Positions 18,398-25,687 of a DNA stretch of 64,000 nt are shown here, in pieces. Location of the stretch: contig JAJFUB010000034.1 of assembly GCA_021372615.1 (NCBI GenBank), forward strand, positions 34,927-98,926. Direction: 5' to 3'. The DNA comes from a bacterium (GTDB lineage: Bacteria; Armatimonadota; Zipacnadia; Zipacnadales; UBA11051). The stretch's first letter is position 1. The number at the start of each line of letters is the position of its first letter. Below the pieces are notes generated by a model that was not told the origin of the DNA, made no database searches, and worked only from the letters and a program-made list of their open reading frames with translations. The translations under genes and the position numbers were made by a program.

Positions 18398-18808
18398 ATG
18401 AGTTCATCCAAGGCCTCACCGCTGGGGATCATCCTGCTCATCGGGCTGATGGTCGTCTTCTTCAGCCCGGCGCGCTCGACCATCCCCCAGCAGGAAGCGG
18501 ACGCCATCCGCGCCCGGTTCGGCGTCCGCCCCGGTGCGGTAGTCGTCTTCCAGAACCCTGGGTGAGGGGCCTGCACCATGCTCTTTGAGCAGCTCGATGC
18601 CGTGGGCATCAGCTATGTGCCGGTCAATGTCACCGCCTCAGAACGCGCCATCCAAACGCTGCGGGACCTGGGGAAGAACAGCTTCGGCATGACGACACGG
18701 ATGCCGACACCGACGACGCTGGTGGGGAGGCGAGTCATCCGGGGAGCGGATGTGAAGAGGATCCAGCAGGCCCTGATCGAGGAGCGGAAGGGTAGCTCAA
18801 CTCGCTGA
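18398..18808 (+). CDS. Putative selenoprotein: membrane-anchored glutaredoxin/NrdH-like thioredoxin-fold protein with in-frame TGA (18563-18565) read as Sec in a U-G-A-C (CxxC-type) redox motif
   Basis: ATG 18398, 4 nt after the URO-D stop, opens a 55-codon ORF (MSSSKASPLGIILLIGLMVVFFSP...GAVVVFQNPG) ending at TGA. The same frame continues GACTMLFEQLDAVGISYVPVNV... (track ORF 18578-18808). Joined, the sequence AVVVFQNPG-U-GAC-TMLFEQLDAVGISY aligns residue for residue with the glutaredoxin pattern VVIY-x3-CPYC-x10-GVxY. The downstream RMPTPTTLVGRRVIRGADVKRI matches the cis-Pro TVPxIFIxGxxIGGxDD region. Neither half has a complete fold on its own. Confidence 0.55.
18591..18614 (+). promoter_or_regulatory. 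Candidate bacterial SECIS-like hairpin downstream of the in-frame UGA
   Basis: agctc-gatgcc-GUG-ggcatc-agct forms a ~10-bp stem with one bulge and a GUG apical loop whose G lies ~37 nt after the UGA. A smaller hairpin tgctc-ttt-gagca starts 11 nt after the UGA. Consistent with bSECIS geometry but not diagnostic. Confidence 0.3.
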
Positions 18809-19768
18809 ATCCATGTTCTTCGTCTTGAGCACGCGCAGCAACGTCTGCATGTTCTCCTGGAAGCTGCCGGTCGTGAAGTCCATCGCCTGATCGCCCTCTC
18901 GCAGCGGCGTGCCGCCGGGGGCCGCGCCACCGTCTGCGGCTGGCCCGATGGTGACCGGTACAACCATGCCGCCCTGTTCGAGGGCATACTTGTACTCGTA
19001 TTCGACCCACTCTGATCTAAGGCCGGCCTCGCTCACGAAGAGCAGGATGAAACCCTCGGCCGCAGCGGTCTCGATGCTACGCCGCATGATCCCGGCCAGG
19101 TCCACGCCCGCAGCGTCATCATCGTCGAAGTAGACCCGGTATTCGTGCTGCCTGAGAGCCTCGGCAATGGGTCTGACGAGTTCCTGATCTTCCCGCGAAT
19201 AGGCCATGTAGATCGTCACACGCCGCGAGAGCCCTGTGACCGCCGCGAGTTGCTCGTCCCAGTCGTGCGTCAGATCCACGTTCGCCGTGTATTTGCCCGG
19301 AAGCCCCCTGATGTACTCCAGCTCCATCTGCACCCACTTGGAGTTGCGCGCGTTGGGGCTGTCACAGAGCAGGAACCACGTGCGCGCCTCGATCTCGCGC
19401 CTGATCAGGTCATCCAGCTCGGCGTTGTCGTCCAGGCAGCGCAGGAAGAACAGCAAGGGATTGTGTCCCTTGGCCTCCAGTGCATTGCGGACACGGCGGA
19501 CCTCTTCAAGATCCCGGTGCGAATGGGAAACAAAGATCCACGCGCCTTCGGGGGCGGGTTCGCCCGGCCCGCCCTCTGCACGCGCCGAGGGGGCGGGGGC
19601 CAGGCCCGTGGGCCCGTCAACGGCCAGCTTGTCTCGCACGAGACCATGGCGCACGTCCTGTGCTAGCTCGAGGTCGTCGTCCACTGCGCCCACTAGCTCG
19701 CTGTTGCTGAGGTGGCCGCGAGCGTTGAGTAGCTGGAGGACCTTGCTCGACGCCTGCTCGATGTTCAC
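18797..19768 (-). CDS. Tandem TIR-domain protein (two Toll/interleukin-1 receptor-like domains) with short N-terminal helical (wHTH-like) region
   Basis: GTG start 19768 preceded by AGGAGA. Domain 1 reads IFVSHSHRDLEEV...LLFFLRC...SKWVQMELEYI. Domain 2 reads IYMAYSREDQELV...ILLFVSEAGLRSEWVEYEYKYA. Both carry a conserved Glu in the WxxxE position. Local GC is below the window average. The 3' end overlaps the selenoprotein candidate by 12 nt, and only 11 nt separate it from the GH127 stop. Confidence 0.6.
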   Translation of the reverse strand: MNIEQASSKVLQLLNARGHLSNSELVGAVDDDLELAQDVRHGLVRDKLAVDGPTGLAPAPSARAEGGPGEPAPEGAWIFVSHSHRDLEEVRRVRNALEAKGHNPLLFFLRCLDDNAELDDLIRREIEARTWFLLCDSPNARNSKWVQMELEYIRGLPGKYTANVDLTHDWDEQLAAVTGLSRRVTIYMAYSREDQELVRPIAEALRQHEYRVYFDDDDAAGVDLAGIMRRSIETAAAEGFILLFVSEAGLRSEWVEYEYKYALEQGGMVVPVTIGPAADGGAAPGGTPLREGDQAMDFTTGSFQENMQTLLRVLKTKNMDSAS

Positions 19769-19779
19769 GCCTCGGTCTC

Positions 19780-21687
19780 CTACGTAACCTCGCGGTCGGC
19801 CTTACTCGCCACCCACACCCGCATCGCCGCCGGGCCGCGATTGGCCCAGGCGTAGTAGGGGATGGCGGTGATGTGCGCCGGCACCTGGCCGGTCTTGTAG
19901 CCCTGGGCGACCGCCGCATACAGCGGCCGTTCGGTCGGCACGCAGCCAAAGCCAGGCCCCTCGATGACGACGACCCCGCCGAGCAGATCCTCGCGCCAGA
20001 CAGCCTCCCAACTCGCCGGCAGGCCCTCACCCGGGGTCACCGACACCGACAGCTCTGCCACCGGCGTCCGGTGATCCACGCTCTCCACACAGTACACGAT
20101 CGGTCCGCGCTTGAGCGCCACGGCACCCCGGTCCTCGGTGACGTTGGGATGGGCCTCGAGCGCCTCCAGTGCCATCGGCAGGTCAAGCTGCACCACGTCA
20201 CCCGGCTGCCACTGCCGCTGGATGACGAGGTAGGTGCCCGGCTCGCCCGCCAGGGGCTGAGCCCCGCCGACGAAAGCCGCCGCGCCATCGGCCCACGTGG
20301 GGATGCGCAGGTGCAGCGCGAAGTCCGCGGCCTCGTCGAGCCCGACCGTGATCGTGATGCCCCCGTCCCACGGGTAGCGCGTCTCGATCTTCAGGCGCAC
20401 CGGGCCCACGCCCGGCACGTCCACTGCGGCCTCCAGCGCATCGTACAGGTGCACGTGCACCTCGCGCTCGGCGACGGTGACGAAGTAGCCGGGCAGCGAG
20501 GCGAGCAGGCGCTGGACGTTCGGCGGGCAGCAGGTGCAGCCGTGCCATGTGCTGCGCTGCGTGGGCGGCACGCGGTGCCCGGTGGCCGATACGGATTCCT
20601 TCCCGTCGTGGGCGAGTGGATTCATGTAGAAGTACTGGTAGCCGTCCAGGTCCACGCCGCTGCGCAGACCGTTGTAGAGGATCCACTCCATCGCCTCCGC
20701 GTACTGGCCTTCGCCGGTGAGCAGGAGCATGCGGAAGGCCCACATGAAGTGGCCGATCTGGGCGCACGTCTCGGCGTAGGCGCGCGCGTTGGGCAGCTCG
20801 TACGGCTCGCCGAAGGCCTCGCCCTCGTAGCGGGCTCCGACGCCGCCGGTCACGTAGATCTTGCCGCCGACGAGGTCCTGCCACAGGCGCTGCAGGTTGG
20901 CCATCATCTCCGGGTCGCCCGTCTCCATTACGAGGTCAGCCCCCCCGCAACAGATGTACGACGACCGCACGGCGTGGCCGATGAGGCTCTCGCGCTGGGC
21001 GATGGGCGGGAGGTTGGCGTGTGACTGCGGGCGGCTCAGCAGGAAGGCAGCCAGGTCGAGGTAGCGCCGCTCGCGGGTGTGGCGGTATAGCTCGATGAGC
21101 GCCAGCTCGACTTCGGGGTGGCCGTCGGTCGTGCCGTTTCTGCCGGGGCCGAAGACGCTGTCGAGGTGGTCGGCGAAGCGACAGGCGACCTGCAGCAGCG
21201 TGTCATCGCCGGTGGCGCGGGCGACCGCCACGGCGCCCTGCATCAGGTGGCCGGCGCAGTACATCTCGTGCGAGTACTCCAGGTGCTGGTAGCGCTCGCC
21301 GGCCCGCTCCTCGATGAAGTAGGTGCTCAGGTAGCCGTCGTCGCCCTGGGCCGCGGCGATGTCGGCGATGTCGGCCTCCAGGAGGCTGCGCAGGTCCGGG
21401 TGGTCCTCGGTCTGCAGCACATAGCCGGCGGCCTCGATCCACTTGTAGAGGTCCGAGTCGGTGAAGAGCGGGCCCCGGCGCGCCACGTCCTTGCCGGCGA
21501 GGCGGCGGAAGTTGTCCATGTGGCCGTTCTCTTCGAGCAGGCCATGCAAGCGCGGGAGGCCGTTCTCGACATTGCCCCGGCGCAGGGGCGTCCAGAAGGC
21601 GTCGTCGGCCAGGCGCACGGCGGGCAGGGGCACGGTGTGCAGGCGCACATGGGGGCTGTGTGAGGTGTCGAGAATCGGGGTAGCCAT
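19780..21687 (-). CDS. Glycoside hydrolase family 127 (beta-L-arabinofuranosidase HypBA1-like, DUF1680)
   Basis: 635 aa. Contains the GH127 Cys-rich zinc motif STWHGCTCCPPN and a conserved region around EYSHEMYCAGHLMQG. Antisense ORFs 19873-21024 and 21118-21663 were rejected. Confidence 0.75.
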   Translation of the reverse strand: MATPILDTSHSPHVRLHTVPLPAVRLADDAFWTPLRRGNVENGLPRLHGLLEENGHMDNFRRLAGKDVARRGPLFTDSDLYKWIEAAGYVLQTEDHPDLRSLLEADIADIAAAQGDDGYLSTYFIEERAGERYQHLEYSHEMYCAGHLMQGAVAVARATGDDTLLQVACRFADHLDSVFGPGRNGTTDGHPEVELALIELYRHTRERRYLDLAAFLLSRPQSHANLPPIAQRESLIGHAVRSSYICCGGADLVMETGDPEMMANLQRLWQDLVGGKIYVTGGVGARYEGEAFGEPYELPNARAYAETCAQIGHFMWAFRMLLLTGEGQYAEAMEWILYNGLRSGVDLDGYQYFYMNPLAHDGKESVSATGHRVPPTQRSTWHGCTCCPPNVQRLLASLPGYFVTVAEREVHVHLYDALEAAVDVPGVGPVRLKIETRYPWDGGITITVGLDEAADFALHLRIPTWADGAAAFVGGAQPLAGEPGTYLVIQRQWQPGDVVQLDLPMALEALEAHPNVTEDRGAVALKRGPIVYCVESVDHRTPVAELSVSVTPGEGLPASWEAVWREDLLGGVVVIEGPGFGCVPTERPLYAAVAQGYKTGQVPAHITAIPYYAWANRGPAAMRVWVASKADREVT

Positions 21688-21699
21688 GGGTTCCTCCGT

Positions 21700-22125
21700 C
21701 TATTCGTCGGCAATCCGGTAGAACTGCCGGTGAGCGTCGTCGGCATACTCCACCCGGCCCTCCTTGAGGACCAGGCACAGGTTCCGTGCGTCGTACAGCA
21801 GGCTCACATCGGTGGCGGGGTCGCCGGACACGACGAGCAGGTCGGCTAGCTTGCCCGGCTCCAGTGTGCCGAGGGAAGGGAGCTTTCGATAGGCGGCGGC
21901 ATTTACCTGCGTCGCGGCGGTGAGGGCCTCCAGGGGCGACAGGCCGCAGGCCACCAGCTCCTGTAGCTCAACCAGTGTGCGGTCGCCCAGGCGCCAGGTG
22001 CGGGGCGTCCCCGGATAGTCGGTGCCGACCCTGGTCGGTAGCGATAGGCAGGGCATTCGGGGCCGTCGCGGCATGACGGAGGTTTCACCACACCGGAGGC
22101 GGGGGCCTGCCCGGCGCCTGGGCAT
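21700..22125 (-). pseudogene. Amidohydrolase-family C-terminal fragment (N-terminal ~300 aa of a normal amidohydrolase missing)
   Basis: Translation ...VGTDYPGTPRTW...LSPLEALTAATQVNAAAYRKLPSLGTLEPGKLADLLVVSGDPATDVSLLYDARNLCLVLKEGRV matches the metal-dependent amidohydrolase C-terminus (GSLEVGKxADLVVLDxNP...V). Only ~110 alignable residues remain before the unrelated divergent promoter at 22126-22196. Confidence 0.45.
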
Positions 22126-22178
22126 CCGTTCTTGCCGTTCTCTTGCGGATCAGGTAGGTACAGGATGTGATATCTTCT

Positions 22179-22193
22179 GTATCGCTATGATAC
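22179..22193. promoter_or_regulatory. Inverted repeat GTATC-N5-GATAC in AT-rich divergent promoter region (candidate operator)
   Basis: gtatcgctatgatac lies in the unusually AT-rich stretch 22141-22200. It is immediately upstream of the HTH-thioredoxin fusion gene, at -42 to -28 if GTG 22221 is the true start. Confidence 0.35.
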
Positions 22194-22196
22194 GGT

Positions 22197-22793
22197 ATGA
22201 CACGCAGGAGGGTGACTCCAGTGGATGAGCTTCTGTCCCTCGCCGAGGCCGCTGAGACTCTCAACGTTAGCGAGATCACGGTCAAGCGCTACATCTACGC
22301 CGGGAAGCTCAAGTCCCACAAGCTGCCCGGCGGCCGACACCGCATCCCCCGGTCGGAACTGACGCGTCTGCTGGAGGGTGGGGCGGCCCCGCCGGCCCCC
22401 GAGGAGGTCGTGACCGGCCTCGAAGCCCGGGTGGACGAGCTGGAGGCGGCCCTGGAGCACATCTCGGCGGAGCTGCAGGTGCTGGCGGCCTGGTGCGCGC
22501 GCCGCCAGGAGGAGCTGCCCGAGACGGAGGCGCCGGCCGCGACACAACGCGTCGTCGAGGTGCTCGGGCCCGGCTGCACCAAGTGCCGCAAGCTGCACGC
22601 GACGGTCCTGGAAGTGGTGGGGGAGTCATTCGCCGAGACCTTCCAGGTTGCGCATGTGACCGACCTGGACCACATCACGGCCTATGGGCCGCTCCTGACG
22701 CCTGCCCTCGTCATTGACGGCAAGGTTGTCTCAGCGGGACGAGTGCTGCTGGCCGATGAGGTGCAGCGGCTGTTGGCCAAGGCGCTTCAATAG
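22197..22793 (+). CDS. Fusion protein: N-terminal excisionase/MerR-type HTH (HTH_17-like) + C-terminal small thioredoxin-like domain (redox-active disulfide protein 2 / Thioredoxin_3 family, CxxC = GCTKC)
   Basis: The N-terminus LLSLAEAAETLNVSEITVKRYIYAGKLKSHKLPGGRHRIPRSEL matches the excisionase-family DNA-binding helix. A Pro/Ala/Glu linker follows. The C-terminus VVEVLGPGCTKCRKLHATVLEVV...GPLLTPALVIDGKVVSAGRV matches the TM0983-like thioredoxin family. An alternative GTG start at 22221 has a better AGGAGG spacing. Confidence 0.6.
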   Translation: MTRRRVTPVDELLSLAEAAETLNVSEITVKRYIYAGKLKSHKLPGGRHRIPRSELTRLLEGGAAPPAPEEVVTGLEARVDELEAALEHISAELQVLAAWCARRQEELPETEAPAATQRVVEVLGPGCTKCRKLHATVLEVVGESFAETFQVAHVTDLDHITAYGPLLTPALVIDGKVVSAGRVLLADEVQRLLAKALQ

Positions 22794-22811
22794 GCACTCC
22801 GGAGGCACGAA

Positions 22812-23252
22812 GTGAGCAATCGCTGCACATCGCAGGCCCGTCCGTCGGTTGCCCTGCTGGGCTGTAGTGGCATCGGGCAGCTCATGTCCACTGTCGTGCG
22901 CCGTGCCTGCCTCCGCGTGGCGGAGCAACACCCCGAGGTCGTGCTGCTGTCGGTCGGCGCGCTGACCGGCGACGTGCCGGAGGTGCTGCAGCAAGGCCGG
23001 GCATTGCCTGTCATCCTCGTGGACGGCTGCCGCGAGCACTGCGGCACGATCCTGTGCGAAGCCAAGGGCCTCAACGTCGTCTCGAAGCTGTTTGCGCTCA
23101 CACTGGTCCAGAGGGACCATATGCGGCTGGCGGGTGAGGACCGCGCGAACCTGGGCGAGATCGGGCTGGCGGCGGTCGCCGACGTGGCCGCCGGGATCAG
23201 CGCCGAGGTGCGCCGGCTGCAGGACGATCTAACCGCCGAGGAGGTGGCATGA
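22812..23252 (+). CDS. DGC-domain protein (putative zinc-binding, PF08859-like)
   Basis: Contains the motif PVILVDGCREHCGTILCEAKG that gives the family its name, plus N-terminal LLGCSGIGQL. 146 aa. Confidence 0.5.
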   Translation: MSNRCTSQARPSVALLGCSGIGQLMSTVVRRACLRVAEQHPEVVLLSVGALTGDVPEVLQQGRALPVILVDGCREHCGTILCEAKGLNVVSKLFALTLVQRDHMRLAGEDRANLGEIGLAAVADVAAGISAEVRRLQDDLTAEEVA

Positions 23253-23653
23253 TGCCCGATCGGGTCTGCCTGCAGCCCTGCCTGGGCAGCACCAGCGCCG
23301 CCGCGACGGTAGGCCGACAGGCTACCTACGCCGCCCTGGCCGAGTTGGGGCGGGCCGCCGACCTCGGCTGCGCCCCGGCGCTGTTCGCCGAAGTCCCCGA
23401 GGACGTCATCTTCGTCCAGCAGGACTATGTCATCGCCATCGAGTCATGCGACAGGCTCTGTGCCAATCACCTCGTCGCGCAGAAGGGCTATCCCGTGCAC
23501 GCGACCGTGCGCGTGGATGAGGTCCTCAGCGGTGCGGGCATTGACAGCGCGGTCCTGCCGGCGGAGACCATCCCGCTGGATCATCCGGCCGTGGTCGCCG
23601 TGTGCGCGGAGATCGTGCGCGTGGCGCGGCAGCTACTGGAGGGGATGGCGTGA
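23249..23653 (+). CDS. Cys-rich DGC-like paralogue (DGC replaced by ESC: VIAIESCDRLCANHL)
   Basis: Overlaps the upstream gene by 4 nt (ATGA). Similar size and Cys spacing to the preceding DGC protein. Confidence 0.4.
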   Translation: MMPDRVCLQPCLGSTSAAATVGRQATYAALAELGRAADLGCAPALFAEVPEDVIFVQQDYVIAIESCDRLCANHLVAQKGYPVHATVRVDEVLSGAGIDSAVLPAETIPLDHPAVVAVCAEIVRVARQLLEGMA

Positions 23654-24498
23654 GGAGCCGGCTCTGCGCCGAGATGTTCGCCGAAGCCGCGGGCTCGTAC
23701 GTCCTGTGCTTCTTCGGGCCTGGCGCGGTGGCCGTCTCGGTCCTGATGGGCGGGCACACGGGCCTCTGGCAGGTGGCCTCCGTCTGGGGCTTTGCCATCG
23801 CGCTGGCGATCTACGCCGTGGGCTCGGTCTCCGGGGCGCACCTGAACCCGGCGGTGACGCTGGCGATGGCCGTGTACCGCAAGTTCCCGGCCGGCAAGGT
23901 GCTGCCGTACGTGCTGGCGCAGATGGCCGGCGGCGTTTTGGCGGCGGCCACGCTGCTGGTGCTCTTCAACGGTACGTGCCTGCACTTCGAGGCCACGCAT
24001 CACATCGTGCGCGGGATGCCCGGCAGCCAGCTCTCGGCCATGTGGTTCGGCGAGTACTTCCCCAACCCCGCGGTCTACGGCACCGACGCCGAGGCCTTCG
24101 TGCAAGTCGGCGTGAAGACCGCCTTCCTGGCCGAGGCCGTGGGCACGGCGTTCCTGCTGTTCTTCATCATGGCGCTGACGGACCCCCGCAACGACGCGTC
24201 CGCCGGCAGGGCGAACCTGCATCCCCTCCTCATCGGCTTTGCGGTGGCCATCATCATCAGCATCGTGGCCCCCCTGACCCAGGCAGGACTGAACCCCATG
24301 CGCGACTTCGCCCCGCGCATCGTGGCGTACTTCGCCGGGTGGGGGACCATCGCCATCCCCGGCCCGCGCCGCGTGGACGTCTGGGTCTACATCCTCGCCC
24401 CGCTGGTGGGCGGCCTGGCGGGCGCCGGGGCATACCAGGCGCTCATCCATGCCGGACGCCTGGCCATGGCCCCGGGCTCCCAGGCCGAGGCGGCCTGA
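23650..24498 (+). CDS. MIP-family channel, aquaglyceroporin (GlpF-like); first NPA intact (HLNPAVT), second motif NPM (GLNPMRDFAPR)
   Basis: Six TM segments inferred from hydrophobicity. The GlpF-like signatures AGGVLAA and GLNPMRDFAPRIVAYFAGWG are present. A GTG start at 23650 overlaps the upstream stop (GTGA); the alternative ATG at 23674 (MFAEAAGSYVL) is also plausible. Confidence 0.75.
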   Translation: MRSRLCAEMFAEAAGSYVLCFFGPGAVAVSVLMGGHTGLWQVASVWGFAIALAIYAVGSVSGAHLNPAVTLAMAVYRKFPAGKVLPYVLAQMAGGVLAAATLLVLFNGTCLHFEATHHIVRGMPGSQLSAMWFGEYFPNPAVYGTDAEAFVQVGVKTAFLAEAVGTAFLLFFIMALTDPRNDASAGRANLHPLLIGFAVAIIISIVAPLTQAGLNPMRDFAPRIVAYFAGWGTIAIPGPRRVDVWVYILAPLVGGLAGAGAYQALIHAGRLAMAPGSQAEAA

Positions 24499-24546
24499 GA
24501 CACGAGCCCTCCTCACGGACCACGGCCGTCTCCCACCCCCTGTGAC

Positions 24547-24585
24547 CATAACCTCACCTTAACACGCGCCTAACCCCCACTTAAC
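24547..24585 (+). promoter_or_regulatory. Pho-box-like array: four direct repeats C-N-TAAC (CATAAC, CTTAAC, CCTAAC, CTTAAC) at exact 11-bp spacing
   Basis: Seen directly at 24547, 24558, 24569 and 24580, about 80-115 nt upstream of the porin-pstSCAB-phoU cluster. The 11-bp periodicity matches PhoB/PhoP-type tandem binding sites. Confidence 0.5.
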
Positions 24586-24662
24586 CGCCCCGGGATAAGG
24601 TAACCACAGCGTCTGGTACCGACGGTCGTGAGACTCCTACGGGGGAATCCAACGATCCATAG

Positions 24663-25664
24663 GTGGTTGCCTTGAGGAACAAGCAACTCGCCGGCTTCGT
24701 GGGGCTGGCGGCATGTCTGGTGGCGTGCGTGTCGGGGGCTCATGCAGAATGGAAGATCAGTGGGTACACCCAGGCACGCTACAATGTCTGGGACGACGCC
24801 GTGGACGATGACGCGTTCGATCTGCGGCGGGTACGGGTCAAGCTGGAGGGGCCGGTCGGCGAGGTGGGCGAAATCAAGCTGCAGGTGGACCTGGCGGGGC
24901 TGGACGATGACAATGGCGAGATCGAGCTGAAGGACGCGCTGATCACTCGCCCGCTGAATGGGACGTGCAAGGCGGCCGTGGGCTTCACCTCCGTCCCCTT
25001 CGGGTACGAAGTACCGGTCTCCAGCTCCAAGCGCTTGGCGCTGGAGCGCAGCGAGGCGGCGCGGCGGCTCTTCCCTGGCGAGCGCGCCACCGGCGTGTGG
25101 TTCATGGTCCGGCCACCCGAGGGCAAGCCGAGCCAGCCGCAAGTGGACCTGGGCCTGACCAACGGCATGTCCAAGTGGTATGACGAGGACAGCAGCGGCA
25201 ACGCCGACAGCGACAGCTTCGCCTTCCTCGGGCGCGCGCAGTGGTCCGTCCTCAATACCGGCGTGGCCGGGGTAAGCTACATGGGCGCCACACGAAAGCG
25301 GGACCTCGCCGGCGTGTCCACCGACTGGGGAAGCGAGAACGTCTTGGGCCTGCATGCCCGTGTGCCGCTGGCCCGTCGACTTACCCTCCAGGGCGAGTAC
25401 TACACGGGAGACTACAACAACACCGACGCCGACGGCTGGTATGGGACGCTGGAGTACGCGATTCCCGAGACGACGGCCACGGTCTTCTATCGCTATGACG
25501 AGTTCGACCGAGGGGCGACGAACGACTACACCCGCCACACCGCCGGCGTGGCGTGGGACGTGAGCAGCAACGAGCGCCTGACGCTGCAGGGCGAGGCGCT
25601 GGAGGACTACGCCGGCGACAAGATCACGAACTTCGCCCTGCAATACCAGGTCAAGTATCCCTGA
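24663..25664 (+). CDS. Phosphate-selective porin O/P family outer-membrane protein
   Basis: Signal peptide or lipobox (GLAACLVACVSGAHA). Beta-strand-rich sequence with alternating hydrophobic residues ending ...ALQYQVKYP. Sits upstream of pstS, as oprO/oprP do in Pho regulons. The start is GTG 24663 or TTG 24672. Confidence 0.55.
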   Translation: MVALRNKQLAGFVGLAACLVACVSGAHAEWKISGYTQARYNVWDDAVDDDAFDLRRVRVKLEGPVGEVGEIKLQVDLAGLDDDNGEIELKDALITRPLNGTCKAAVGFTSVPFGYEVPVSSSKRLALERSEAARRLFPGERATGVWFMVRPPEGKPSQPQVDLGLTNGMSKWYDEDSSGNADSDSFAFLGRAQWSVLNTGVAGVSYMGATRKRDLAGVSTDWGSENVLGLHARVPLARRLTLQGEYYTGDYNNTDADGWYGTLEYAIPETTATVFYRYDEFDRGATNDYTRHTAGVAWDVSSNERLTLQGEALEDYAGDKITNFALQYQVKYP

Positions 25665-25687
25665 GCACAAGAGAGGGCAATCAGACA

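Noticed and set aside
18578-18808. Treating the 76-aa ORF as an independent small gene starting at ATG 18578
   Set aside because: The product would lack beta-strand 1 and the active-site loop of the thioredoxin fold it otherwise matches. The upstream same-frame ORF supplies exactly those elements across a single TGA. The selenoprotein reading is preferred but remains unproven.
22812-24498. Calling the DGC, DGC-like and aquaporin genes an arsenic-resistance (ars) operon
   Set aside because: No arsR, arsC, arsB/acr3 or arsH homologue is present in the window. Only the channel and redox proteins are suggestive. Kept as a hypothesis in findings, not as an annotation.
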